This document shows positions 50,263 to 62,448 of a stretch of DNA of 64,000 bases, one piece after another. Each line of letters begins with the position of its first letter. Within the stretch, counting starts at the first letter, position 1. The DNA is from Saprolegnia diclina VS20. Taxonomy: Eukaryota. Where the stretch lies: positions 241,838 through 305,837 of the forward strand of contig NW_008246081.1 in assembly GCF_000281045.1 (NCBI RefSeq), in the 5' to 3' direction. Under the pieces are notes generated by a model, which saw only the letters and a list, made by a program, of their open reading frames with translations, was not told the origin of the DNA and did not search any database. The position numbers and the translations under genes were made by a program.

Positions 50263-50585
50263 CGTGGTGCAATTTCAAATGTGGACCGCCAGTGATCGCA
50301 CGTGCGTTAAATGGGTGCAATCGTTTAACGCAATGTCGTCGGCCGACCACCCTGGCGTCAATCAAGCCCGACAGCTACGCGGGCGAGATCGCTGCCCACA
50401 AGTGTATAAACAAGGTACGCGTAAAAGTTGGAGGCATATCGGAGCGCTGGCTTGGTGATGTTACAGTGTCTGTAGTTAGCTCAACCTTGAACCAATGTGT
50501 TTTGCGTGCGTTTAGCCATGCAGGTTTTATAGCAATTTGGGTTTTTCCTCGTTCCCCCAGCAGCAGCGACCGAAGGATCCAGGAC

Positions 50586-53500
50586 ATGGCGACCCTCGTC
50601 ATCACGGTGGACGCACTTGAAGCCGCGATTGCCGCTCTCTACGGCCAGGTAGCTCCATGTTCCTCCGTCTCCATGCGCATGCGCCCCTAGAGAGGGCCAG
50701 ACGAGCAGCGCAATGCTAACGAGTACCTCTTGGCCGTCGCCGACAGCAGCGTACGTCCATCTTCTCTCTACCTCCTTCCTCAACCCATCGAGCTAGTCGG
50801 CATGGCCCGTGGGGCTTACGCTCCTCGCACAACCGCCGTCGAACCCGTCCATGGACCCAACCCCGATCCAGTACTTTGCCGCCAACATGATCTACTCCAA
50901 GGTACCATCGATCGACACTCCTTATTCTCTCGCCTCATCGCTCCTGTCGCAGCTGCGGAAAGAGTACGTGACGTTGGCGGTCGCCGACCAGCAGCAGATC
51001 CAGGCGCAGCTCGAAGCCATCTTGCATCAAGTCCGCGCCGGCCAGCTCAGGTACCTCCCTGTCGCCATATACAGTACATACGAGGCTCATTGCATGGTAG
51101 ATTTGCGCCGCTCGTCTCGCAGCGCGTGTGTATGGCCATCGCGTTTATCTACCTCTGCATGGACGGCGGCTGCGCGCGCTGCGTCCAGGACTGCGTCGCG
51201 TCGTCGAGTACGGCGAGCCCGCTGGTCGTCGTCTTGGCGCTGGAGCTCCTCACGAGCCTCTGTGACGAAAACACGGACGCGTACCTCCCCATGGCGCGCA
51301 AGGACAGCGTCGTGCTCGAGATCACCGAGATCAGCCCGACAGTCTTTGAGTTTCTCAGCCACGTCTTCCGCCAAGCGAGCGGCGCCGCCGACATTCGGTA
51401 CGCAGCGCTGCTCTGCCTCAAGGCGTGGATCAAGGGCGCGGGTCTCTCGATCGCCAAGCTCTACACGACGATGCGCCACGTCTTTGACTCGCTCCTCGGC
51501 GCGCTCTGCGTCGTTTCGGGTACATTTTCTGCGCCGATTTGCATCGAACCGCATGAGTCCACGTAGCGGACGCGGTCGTGACGCGCGAGGTCGTCGTGTG
51601 CGCGTCGATCCTCGGCAATGCCCTCCAAGTCGAAGAGTACCCACCGGCGGCGGCAAAGGAAGACGCGATGCTGGCGCTGACGCAGGGTCTTCTCGCGAGC
51701 GAGGCTGGGATCCAGCACTACTTGCGCGCGGATGAAAGTACGCTATCGCGACTCTCTCGCTTTGGTTGTACCGCGACGGCCTGTAGATGTTGCACTCGCA
51801 CTGACGACGCTCGTTGCATCGTTTGGCGAGTCGGAGCTCGAGTGGCTCATCGCAGGCAGCCCCGAAGCACTCGCGCTTGCCGAGCTCATGGTCCCTCTGC
51901 GACCATTTCTCTGTTGACTCATCGCGCAATGTAGCTGGCTATGACGGCGCAGCCCAACCGCCAGATTGCGTCATTGATGCTCGATGTCTGGCTCATGATC
52001 CAAGTATGCTTTGAGTTTGAGTTTGAGATGTACCAAGCCGCCATACCTTAGGACGAGCCGGTTGCGGACCGCCACGAAGTGTTTCGGGACGCCTTCTTTC
52101 GCCGGCTCTTGCACGTGCTCTTGCTTCAGTGTGCGCCGACACCCGAGGACGAAGACGACGACGACGCGTTCCACGACTTCCGCGCCACGGTCGTCGACGT
52201 CGTTCTCTCGGTGTACGCGCTCCTCAAGGACGAGTTTCTCAAGTACATTGCGCACGTCGTGCAGACGCAAACGGCCAACATCGGGCACCTCGACGCTGCG
52301 CTCTTCCTCCTCTCGACGATCACGGTCGACCTCAAGCCGCGGCTTCCGACGCCCGATGCGATTCTCACGTCGCTCTGCTCCGACTACATTTTTGGCCACG
52401 CGTCGTTCTCAATCGCGCCATCGGTCATCCAAGCCTCGTCCGTGCTGCTCGGTACAATCCTCACACATGACTGTGGAAGTCACGCTGGTGTGGGGTAGGC
52501 CAGCTCAACGGTTGGCTCGCACTGCCCCACAACACGACGCTGTTGGCGACAAGTGTACGCTACCTTGCGTCCGCAGTCGGTCCGTCGCCCAAGCAAGCGT
52601 GCAAGAGCTTGCTTCAGCTTTCTTGCGCAGCGACCGACACGTTATCGACCATGGCCGACCTCATTTCTCTCGTCATTCGCGCCATGCACGTACGCCACAC
52701 CATTCGCTTGGCTTTGTTACAACATTTGCGCTAGGAACAACCATTGGAGCTCTCGGAGCGGCTGCTGTTGATCGAAGCGATTGTTCGGGTGGCGACCGCC
52801 GCGCCGTGGTGCATGGATGCTCTCACGTTCCTCGCAGGCCCTATTCTGAGCCGCTTGCAAGAGGCAACGCAGCACGAAGTATCCCCGGCGCTTGTCGCGA
52901 CCGAGTTGGCGTGTCTCACGACGCTGTTGCGCTTTGCAGATGCGCCGACGGCCGCGGCCGGTGGCGCCGACGTCACGAACGCCCTTCTCCGACTTCTCTG
53001 GCCTGTCCTGACGCCGGTTGCGGCGCGGTATGGCTCGTCTGAGACCGCGATGGACGCGCTTCTCGAGCTTGTCGCGGCTATCCTCAAGGCCAAGCGGGAC
53101 GACATTGAGGCGTTTGGTGCGTCGTCCGAGGTCGCTGCCGTCCTTGAAATGGTCGTCGCCCTCTTTGCGCAGTTTGGATACGCGTCCAGCTTTGGTCCGA
53201 TCACGGTCGCGATCGAGGTTTTCGGTCCGCGGGGCGTCCCACCGGCCCTTCGCCTTGCGTTCCACGGCCTCTCGCAGCGAACCTTTGAGGTCGTCCAAGC
53301 CACGGCGCCGTCCGAGGTTCCCGACACGATCCGCGGCTTCTTTGACGTACGTATCATCAGAACACCCCTCACAAATGCCAACGGCGTGTAGCTTGCCCAA
53401 CGTTGCATCATGTTTTGCCCAGGTCTCCTCTTTGAGCGTGAGTTTGGCGCGACGCTACAGCTCGCGCAGGTGGCTCTGGCGCGGCTTGGGAGCCACCGCG

Positions 53501-54064
53501 AAGGTCTTCGGTCTGTCATTTTCTACGTCAACTACGTCGTCACAAAGCGCGAATCGACCTTGGTTGGTTACGCTAGCCAAATGGAGGATATGACGTATGC
53601 GGGTGTAGATGGAACACAAGGACGCGATCGACGGTGTGCTCGGGAGTCTCAAGGACGCGCTGTGCCTGGCGATCGTGGATTTGCTCGCCGCCGGAAGTCC
53701 CACAACGCTCTATGCGCCGCTGTCGTCGCTCTGGTTTCATTTTCTCACAGCGTACGGGCCGCTCGTTTACCCCGCTGTCGAGCAAGGTACTGTTCCGTTC
53801 TTTTGGGAAGTTGACAGGTTGATGCAACGTCGTACTATGTAGCGCTGCTGCAGTCGGAAGCCACGACCGTGCTCAGCCTCGAAGACAAGAACCGAGTGTT
53901 TACCGCTTGGACATCGTAAGTGTTTCAAAGTTTCAAGTGACATAATGTGGAGTAGGCTGAGCGACAACTACCAAGAGCGCCGGTTCAACGCCGTGTGCCT
54001 CGACGTCGCCAAGGTGTGCCGCCGAGAGATGACGGCCGACGTTCTTGCCGAGTACGACGTCTAG
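50586..54064 (+). CDS. Importin-beta family protein (importin-13/transportin-SR-like; many exons)
   Basis: LEAAIAALY, QRNANEYL, QYFAANMIYSK|LRKE, ALLCLKAWI, FHDFRATVVDV; HEAT-like helical composition. Confidence 0.8.
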
Positions 54065-54127
54065 TGTTCCGTAAGGGTGTAAGCGCGAGTTCGTTGTAAC
54101 GCTAAAACATGTTAACGGTTGCCTGCC

Positions 54128-55186
54128 ATGCACGAGCCGCGGTTCGCCGATTGGAGTCCCGCTAGTGTCTTTGGCCGGCAGGGCTCTCGCCTCAGTAAGC
54201 CAACTCTTGCTGCTGCCCAACCTCGAGAGGAAGCTCGGCCAACCAACCAAGAGCCCCCGACGCCCCGCGCCGAGCACGGTCGCGCCGCCTTCGTCATCCA
54301 AAAGAGCCTGCGCCTGCACCTGGTCCAGCGACAAGCAGCATATGCGGCAGCGCATCTTGCTCGTATTCAGAGCGTACTCGAGCGCACCGCTGCAAGCTCG
54401 GTGCAGCGAACCTACCGCGCCTACCGACACCGACGCGTGGCAACAAGCACGCTGCGTCGGTGGTTCGCGCGCCTTATCCTGACGAAGCGAGCCGCGCGCT
54501 TACGGTGGACGACGAGAGACGACGCTGCTCGGCGAGTACAGTGCTGCTGCCGAGCTTTTCTCGCAGCACGACGAGCCTGGCGCTATGACCGCTACGTAGC
54601 TGCCATGGCCGCTCTGTGCAAATGCCTGCAACGCCGAGCGTTGGGAGTACTGGTGACGCAAGCTGCGATTGCCAAACAAACGTTGATCGATCGAGTGCAG
54701 CAGCTTCACGCAGCGCGACAAGACCGCCGACTTCGCCACTTCCAAGCCTCGTATCGCCGACACCATGCTGCACGGCGCATGGCAGCCAGCATCATGATCC
54801 AGCGACTCTACCGCGGGTTCCGAGGTCGTCAAATCGCACGCGAGCGGCGACGGCTCTGGCTCGCGCGCTTCACCTGCAACAACTGCGGGCGGAACGAGCC
54901 AGGAGGTGTCTACTGCAAAGGCTGCGGACGCCCGAAACAGCCCAAGCGCCCGACGCCACCACGAACGATAGCGCCATCTTGCAAAGATCCCTTGCGGCCC
55001 GTCTACGCGCGGCGACGGCAAACCTTGGTACCGCCACCTGCGTTTACACACAGCCTTGTTGAAGCCACCAAGCAGCGAGGCGCTGATCTCGACCGCCGTG
55101 AAAAGGGCGTAGCAGCTCACAGCATAGACCGGCGCATGCAACAAGCGTCCCAATATCTGCAACACAATACACGCTCACACCGGTAA
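54128..55186 (+). CDS. IQ-motif calmodulin-binding protein with a CxxC..CxxC zinc ribbon
   Basis: IQKSLR, VQRTYRAY, VQCCCRAFLAAR, IQRLYRGFRGR; CNNC...CKGC. Confidence 0.72.
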   Translation: MHEPRFADWSPASVFGRQGSRLSKPTLAAAQPREEARPTNQEPPTPRAEHGRAAFVIQKSLRLHLVQRQAAYAAAHLARIQSVLERTAASSVQRTYRAYRHRRVATSTLRRWFARLILTKRAARLRWTTRDDAARRVQCCCRAFLAARRAWRYDRYVAAMAALCKCLQRRALGVLVTQAAIAKQTLIDRVQQLHAARQDRRLRHFQASYRRHHAARRMAASIMIQRLYRGFRGRQIARERRRLWLARFTCNNCGRNEPGGVYCKGCGRPKQPKRPTPPRTIAPSCKDPLRPVYARRRQTLVPPPAFTHSLVEATKQRGADLDRREKGVAAHSIDRRMQQASQYLQHNTRSHR

Positions 55187-55242
55187 TAATTATCTCTTGT
55201 CATGACAGAGAGAGAAACCTAACTCAGACTTCATGCTTCATA

Positions 55243-55448
55243 ATGCACTGCCGTCAACACAGCCTCCGAGGACATATGGGTAGCAAATGCAAATTGGTGC
55301 GGACCGCCGTTGCTGGCTCACACAGAGACGGCCGCGTGCAAGCGTACGAGGACGACGACGGTAGAACATGAAGCTCACATTGGACTTTTACATACATGGG
55401 TCGACTTATGAGCAATTCAACTGGATGCACTGCCGTCAACACAGCCTC
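55243..55448. repeat. 24-bp perfect direct repeats (ATGCACTGCCGTCAACACAGCCTC) flanking 158 bp
   Basis: Copies at 55243-55266 and 55425-55448, in a convergent intergenic region. Confidence 0.85.
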
Positions 55449-55505
55449 TTTACCAGAAAATGCGAAAACGACTTTAGGTTAAAACGACTTTGGGTTTGGT
55501 TATTG

Positions 55506-57395
55506 CTAGTCGAGGGCGCGGTAAATCCGTCGGCGCATGTGCATGCGCCGGTACCAAATGAGGCCGAGGACGCCCATGCCGAGCGCACTCATGCCCAAGA
55601 GGCCGTAGATGGCAGCGCCACCTGCGGCGCTGTGCTCACTGAGCTCGATCGAGAGTTTGGCGCGGAGGTCCGAGATGAGAATGTACGAGGTGCCTGGCCA
55701 CGACGCAAAGGACGACGTCTCGATCCACCACTTGGGGTACGGCGATGACACTTGATTGGTTGGGTCTTCGCCGACCGTGATGGCGCCGCCGTTGTACTTG
55801 CTCACGAGGTGCCACGCCAGCTGCCACCAGTTGGCGACCACCTCGTCTGCAAACGCGTTCGTTTTGGTCTCGAGGTACGTTGCCATCTCGGCTGGCGTCT
55901 GCAACGTCGCAGCGTGCGCGGCAGCGGTCGCGTACATGTCAATGGCGGCGTCTTGATAGTGGTTGATCTTCTCGAGCACCTCGGGGTACATGACGTTGAA
56001 GCGCAGCTGCATCCAGTTGTTGACAAACTGGAACGCCCACCACGCAGAGTCGGTGCTGAATTGGCTCTGGCGGCCCATAAGAAACGAGTTGGGCACGGTG
56101 GACTGCGCGCACGAGAAGGGGACGAAGACCGTGCCGTGGGGCGCTGAGAGCCCGAACCACGTGACGCCGCCGATCGCGTCCGGGAGGTCGCCGCGCACTT
56201 GGTGCACAAAGCTAAAGATGGTCCGGTCCAGCGAGATGGCGCGCTCCCAGCCACCTTCAATGTTGTACGTGGCGCCGCCGTTGCGGTTCGGGTTCCCAAA
56301 CGGCCCAGCGTCCAGGCCCTGCGTGAGGTCGAACGGCGTGCCCTCGTAGTGGTCCCGGAGCAGCGTCATGACATCTTTGGCCGAGATCTTCTTGTCCGGA
56401 CGGACCGAGAACGGGTACGTTGGCAGCGTCGGGTGGTACGCGTGCTCGGGCTCTAGCTGCAACGACGGCGCAAAGACGTCAAAGATGCGCCAGAGGCGGC
56501 GCCCGACGTACAGCGGAAGAAGCGGACTTGACGGCTTCTCATAGCCGTACGCTGCCGTAAAGTCGAATGGTCCGTGCTTGGGGTGCCACCAGCCCATCTC
56601 CTTTGCGAACGAGTGGACGTTCGCCGAGGCAAGGTACGTCGTCGGGTCACTCAGGTCCATTTGACGAATCACAAAGCCGTTGGCGATCGCTGCAATGTGG
56701 TCGTCGGGCACGCGCTGAGCGGCCCAGACCGCGCTCGCGTTCTTCGGGCCCGTGAGCACATGGAAGAGCCAGACCTCGCCGTACTTGTCGCCCACTGCAA
56801 CCGACTCGGCCGAGCTCATGAAAGCGGGGTGCGTGAGGTTGCCGTTGAAGTCGTTGTAAAAGCCATGCGCCACTGCGAGGTCGCCCATGGTTTGGACGGC
56901 GCAGCGTGCGCTGTCGCAGCGCTCGAGCGCGATCTTGGTGAGCTCGTTGATCGTAAAGAGGTTGTAGCCGCCGGGCTGGCCGAGGGCCCAGCCGACCGTC
57001 TTGGCCGCGCACGTGCTCTCGCCCATGCTCAGTTGCACCTCGTTGATGAGCGCGTAGTCAATGTCAAAGTACGCGTACGTCTTGTTGACGTGGGGCACGG
57101 CGCCGACGGGCGTCGTGAGGATCTGGCCGTCCACGGGTGAGTAGTGAAGGCCGCGGTCGTTCGTGACAAAGCGCGGGTAGCCCGGGCGCGACGAAGCAAA
57201 TACGCCGCGGCTGGCGCCGTCAGCGTGCTCCATGGCCGGCACGCGCACGATGCGCAGGTCGATGGCACCGAACCCCGTGTCTTCGGTGTGCGAGACAAGC
57301 ACGGAGCCGTCGACGGTTGCGCCTTTCCCGGCGACGATGACGGTGCACGCCGTGACGCTGGAGGCGACGAGCGCGAGGATGTGGGCGAGACGCAT
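55506..57395 (-). CDS. Peptidase family C69 (dipeptidase/secernin-like Ntn hydrolase), signal peptide and C-terminal TM
   Basis: Signal peptide then CTVIVAGKGATVDGS; INEVQLSMGESTC, WAAQRVPDDH..IAN, RDHYEGTPFDLT, WERAIS. Confidence 0.93.
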   Translation of the reverse strand: MRLAHILALVASSVTACTVIVAGKGATVDGSVLVSHTEDTGFGAIDLRIVRVPAMEHADGASRGVFASSRPGYPRFVTNDRGLHYSPVDGQILTTPVGAVPHVNKTYAYFDIDYALINEVQLSMGESTCAAKTVGWALGQPGGYNLFTINELTKIALERCDSARCAVQTMGDLAVAHGFYNDFNGNLTHPAFMSSAESVAVGDKYGEVWLFHVLTGPKNASAVWAAQRVPDDHIAAIANGFVIRQMDLSDPTTYLASANVHSFAKEMGWWHPKHGPFDFTAAYGYEKPSSPLLPLYVGRRLWRIFDVFAPSLQLEPEHAYHPTLPTYPFSVRPDKKISAKDVMTLLRDHYEGTPFDLTQGLDAGPFGNPNRNGGATYNIEGGWERAISLDRTIFSFVHQVRGDLPDAIGGVTWFGLSAPHGTVFVPFSCAQSTVPNSFLMGRQSQFSTDSAWWAFQFVNNWMQLRFNVMYPEVLEKINHYQDAAIDMYATAAAHAATLQTPAEMATYLETKTNAFADEVVANWWQLAWHLVSKYNGGAITVGEDPTNQVSSPYPKWWIETSSFASWPGTSYILISDLRAKLSIELSEHSAAGGAAIYGLLGMSALGMGVLGLIWYRRMHMRRRIYRALD

Positions 57396-57921
57396 GGGAA
57401 TGCCAAATGACTCGAACTCCAGGATGCCTCCGAGGTGCAGTTGAAGTCATGGCCACCTTGAAGCAACCACCTCGAGATCCAAATCGAGTGTGCAAACGCC
57501 TCGCGTTTCATTGGCGGAGACGCGGTCGCATGTCCAACGAAGTGGCTTCATTGGCTACAAAGACAGGATTTTGTCCAATGATGTCACGACGTTGAAAGAG
57601 TGATTTCGCCGTTCAACTTCCAAAGGGGGTGGGCTAGGCACCCCTTTTATATAGAAAAGAGACACGACACACTGTAGGCCTACCCAAAGCTCGGGCGGTC
57701 CTGCACACTACAACGATAGCGATGTATTGTTTTGACAAGATCATGCATGCGATAATGCGCTGGTACTGCGCGTGGTCGACTGCTAACGTCACGGGTCGAC
57801 CTCGGTGCTTTCGGTGGTAACACAAAGGGGAGTGTGAAAACACCCCCTTTTCGTAAACTGTCTGAAGTCTCGGCTGCTTTTTTATTCTTTGACGACGAAT
57901 CTTGAGAAGCGGCAATAGGCG

Positions 57922-59926
57922 ATGGCAGCACTCTTTGGGCCGCTGCCGTCCGTGAACCGCGACGCGTTCCGCTGGATCCCGGACAAGGAGGCCGAGAAGT
58001 GCATGAACTGCAACTCCGAGTTCACAGTCTTCAACCGCAAGGTACGTGCTCGCCAGCATCCCACGCGACCTCATGCACGCGCAGCACCACTGCCGCCGCT
58101 GCGGCCACGTCGTGTGCAAGAACTGCTCACCCAACATTCGCCGCGTATCGCCACAAGACCCATTCGTACGAAGCAACATTGATCGCGGTGCATTGGCTCA
58201 TACGCGTGTGTCTGCGTAGCCCGTGCGCGTCTGCAACCCGTGCTACACGGCCGTCGACGAGCACTTCACATCGCTCGAGTGGTCGGGCCACACGACGACC
58301 GAGGTACTGTGCCCATCCATCTTGCATGTGGCACTCATGGTCGCGTCACTGGACCTTAGGCAGAGCGCAGCCCTGACCCCGTCGCGAACGGTCGCGTGCA
58401 CATTGGGCAGCTGTACGTCAAGGTCGTTGAAGCCATCGGCCTTCCGTCAACCGACTCGATCGCCAACTCAATCACAAGCGATCCGTTTGTCAAGGTCATT
58501 CTCACTGGTCGCTGGTCCCACGGACAGGTAGGACCTCGTGTTTTGCGAAATCATCTCACGACGGTCGCAGGAGTGGGGCACCGACTTGCAGTCGATTCGA
58601 CTCACGAAGCGCAAGTCGCGCACGCTCAACCCGCGCTGGCACGAGACCTTTGTCTTCAACGTCTGCGCGCCGGGTGCCGAGCTCGTCCTCGAGGTCTACA
58701 ACAGCGGACAACTCGGGCAGCCCACAAAGCTCGGACAGGCGGTCGTGCCGCTGAGCATCCTCATGGACCAGCGCCGGCACAACAAGTGGCTCGACTTGCT
58801 TCTGCCTCAGGGACTGTACCGCGAAGGCCTCAACAACGACGCGCGCGCGGGCCGCATTCACGTTCTGTTGCACTACAAGTTTGCGCGCGCCGCCGAGTTT
58901 GTCTCGCATTTCGCGCCCGAGCAGCCGTACGAAGCGCCGTGGCCCGCGTTCAAGGCAGCGACGCTCTACTCGAACTTTTGGCTGCTCCTCGACGACCTCT
59001 GGCCGTACCTCGAGGTGCTCTGGGCCATCTCGCCGACGCTCAACTGGGAGCACCCGAGCAGAACGTGCTTTTGGCTCGCCCTCGTCGTCTGGATGTGCGT
59101 CTACATACGGTGGGTGCCCGTGCTACTGCACCTCTTCCTCATCGGCCTCGTGCTGCGCAACCACTTTGACATGACGGTCAAGATCCAGCCATCGGAAGCT
59201 CCGATCTCGTCGGTCGTGACCCCGCCCAGCTTTAACACAGCGCCGAGCCTCGAGCCGAGCAGCAGCAGCAGCAACCTCCTCGACGGCCAAGCGCGCGTGT
59301 ACAACTTGCCCCAGGGCTTTCACCACATCACGGACAAGATGACGCGCCTCACGACGGACGCCGAGACGCGGCACACGCTGCAGAACGTCCAGAACAACAT
59401 GGCGTGGTGGTCGGGCGTCATCAAGTCGATCGAGCTTTTGTTTTCGTGGGAGGACTTTTTCTACACGGGGTATGTGCTCATCGGGCTCATCGTCAGCTGC
59501 ATCTTGCACGTTGTGATCCCCAACCAGTACTTATTGCTGCTGGTCGTCCTCTGGCTCTTTGTGCGTTGGACGGTCCCGTACATCACGCTCAGCCGGTGGC
59601 TCTACGGCGTCAAGCAAGGGATTCGGTCGCTTCTGCACCAGCACCGCCTCCTCTCGATGCACGAGCAGAAGGGCCTCATGGACCGCGACTCGACCAGCAG
59701 CACCAACTCGGGCCCGCCGTCCATCAACGTCATGGACCTCAATGGGAAGAGCTCCATCAACAACGCATCGAACCCACGCGGCCGCATCCAGAGCATCAGC
59801 CACCGCAACAAGAGCGTCTCGAAGCGAGAACTCATGATTGGCGCCGCCGCCGCCGAGCTCTCCAAGCGCATAGCGGCCGAGAGCAGCGGAGGTGGTAGCG
59901 GCAACTTTTCGTCCCTCGACGACTAA
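57922..59926 (+). CDS. FYVE + C2 + multi-TM protein (MCTP-like C-terminus; multi-exon)
   Basis: WIPD..CMNC..FTVFNRK|HHCRRCGHVVCKNC..VRVCNPC; C2 motifs LYVKVVEAIGL, SDPFVKV, TLNPRWHETFVF; LNWEHP..TM, LFSWED..TM. Confidence 0.9.
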
Positions 59927-60102
59927 CGTTTTCTACTAACTTTGTAAAAACTATCTGAATCAAGTCAATCGTCGTCTCTCGTGGGACATGTTGTTTTCGC
60001 CAAGTACTGCCGTGCGCCTGTCGTGTCTTGAACGACGTGAAAATGAATTCGCGTGCAAAAATTCTGGATTCGAGTTCGTTTATGCATAGATTGATGGAGC
60101 TC

Positions 60103-61356
60103 TTAGACGCCCGTGGTTGTGAACGGGTGCATCTCGACGTCGGAGAGCGTAAAACGCTCCTCTTCCTTCTCAACGAGGAGGTTGCGGACCAAGTGAGCGG
60201 CGTTCTCCGACATGGTGGCCGGGATCTCAACAGGGAGGATGACGTAGTCGACCTTCGACGGTGTCGGTGCGTTCGTGGCGTCGTAGCGGGGTGGGCCATG
60301 GCCGTCCATGAGCAACGTGTACAACACGATGCCGAGGCCCCAGAGATCCACCTAATCGACTGCATGAGCAAATGAGCAACAAAAGTGACGCACGCACGGA
60401 AGTCCAGTGGGGCTTTCCTTCCAGTTTCTCAGGCGCGGAGTACAGGTTGCGGTTGTCGTTCGAGAGACGACCTCCTTTTGTGTTGCAGGCCGAGAACCCG
60501 AAGTCGGTAATTTTGACCACGTCCTATACAAGCAAAATATGAGAATGGAACAAATCAAACGCAGCCGGACGTTGTGGTCCAGAAGGATATTCTCCACACG
60601 GAGGTGGCGGTGGAGCACGCCCTTGCCGTGGATAGAGGTAAGCCCGCGCACGAGCTGGCGGATGATGCTGGCCACGCGAAATGTCGAAAACGCGCCGTTG
60701 GACTGGAGCAGCGCGTTGAGGAGGTTGCCCTTGGCGCAGAGCTCTTGGACGATGTACACCCGGCCCTTGTGCGTGAACCAGTTGTATGCCGCCACGATGT
60801 GGGCGCACCGGATGCGGATTTGGGATTCACCCTCCCGGCGGAAGTTGATTGCTTGGCGCACGTCCTTGAGTGCGTCCAGCGGGATGGCCTTGACAGCCAC
60901 GATAGTGTTGGACGGCACGTGCACCGCCGCGCGGACAACGCAGCTCTTACCGCAGTCGAGCTCCTTGACAAATCGAAAATCTTCAAACGTCGTGGTGCTC
61001 ACGAGCGTACTGAAGCCGCTCGACCAGTCCCCCGACACACGAGCGTTGCTGGGAAATCCCGTTATGGGCAGGGCAGCGAGGACGACGGCGACGCCGAGCA
61101 CTGGGCGATGGGCGCTTGGACCCAAGCGGGGACAAGGACCGCTGGCGCGGCCACGGCGCTTGCTGCCGCTCCCCGCTGTGTCTTGCAGAACATTCTTGAC
61201 TGGATCCTTGCCACCTAGCTTGACGTGTCACGCTCACATTGCAAAGAAAAGGCGCGTACGGTGGCGTCGCGCGTGATGGCGCGGGTCGACGTTGTCGACA
61301 GCGGTGCCAGTCGCTTGTTCACCAATGGGTGGAGTCCTTGCGTGCCTTCTATAGAC
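60103..61356 (-). CDS. Aurora/CAMK-like protein kinase, probable pseudokinase; 5' end in the gap
   Basis: FEDFRFVKELDCGKSCVV, VAVK, HRHLRVENILL, VKITDFG, YSAPE, VDLWGLG, HPF; introns about 61215-61259, 60525-60570 and 60352-60398. Confidence 0.82.
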
Positions 61357-61456
61357 NNNNNNNNNNNNNNNNNNNNNNNNNNNNNNNNNNNNNNNNNNNN
61401 NNNNNNNNNNNNNNNNNNNNNNNNNNNNNNNNNNNNNNNNNNNNNNNNNNNNNNNN

Positions 61457-61923
61457 GCGATCTTGGTGAGCTCGTTGATCGTAAAAAGGTTGTAGCCGCC
61501 GGGCTGGCCGAGGGCCCAGCCGACCGTCTTGGCCGCGCACGTGCTCTCGCCCATGCTCAGTTGCACCTCGTTGATGAGCGCGTAGTCAATGTCAAAGTAC
61601 GCGTACGTCTTGTTGACGTGGGGCACGGCGCCGACGGGCGTCGTGAGGCTCTGGCCGTCCACCGGCGCGTAGTGCGGGCCGCGGTCGTTCGTGACAAAGC
61701 GCGGGTAGCCCGGGCGCGACGAAGCAAATACGCCGCGGCTGGCGCCGTCAGCGTGCTCCATGGCCGGCACGCGCACGATGCGCAGGTCGATGGCACCGAA
61801 CCCCGTGTCTTCGGTGTGCGAGACAAGCACGGAGCCGTCGACGGTTGCGCCTTTCCCGGCGACGATGACGGTGCACGCCGTGACGCTGGAGGCGACGAGC
61901 GCGAGGATGTGGGCGAGACGCAT
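61457..61923 (-). CDS. Peptidase C69, second copy (partial, truncated by the gap)
   Basis: Almost identical to 56929-57395; a few amino-acid differences (GPHYAP/GLHYSP, QSL/QIL). Confidence 0.85.
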
Positions 61924-62448
61924 GGGAATGCCAAATGACTCGAACTCAAGGATGCCTCCGAGGTGCAGTTGAAGTCATGGCCACCTTGAAGCAACCACCT
62001 CGAGATCCAAATCGAGTGTGCAAACGCCTCGCGTTTCATTGGCGGAGACGCGGTCGCATGTCCAACGAAGTGGCTTCATTGGCTACAAAGACAGGATTTT
62101 GTCCAATGATGTCACGACGTTGAAAGAGTGATTTCGCCGTTCAACTTCCAAAGGGGGTGGGCTAGGCACCCCTTTTATATAGAAAAGAGACACGACACAC
62201 TGTAGGCCTACCCAATGCTCGTGCGGTCCTGCACACTACATCGATAGCGGTGTATTGTTTTGACGAGATCATGCATGCGATAATGCGCTGGTACTGCGCG
62301 TGGTCGACTGCTAACGTCACGTGTCGACCTCGGTGCTTTCGGTGGTAACACAAAGGGAGTGTGAAAACACCCCCTTTTCGTAAACTGTCTGAAGTCTCGG
62401 CTGCTTTTTTATTCTTTGACGACGAATCTTGAGAAGCGGCAATAGGCG

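Noticed and set aside
61234..61923. C69 peptidase apparently fused in frame to VYRRHARTPP
   Set aside because: The junction is a 100-N gap of arbitrary length
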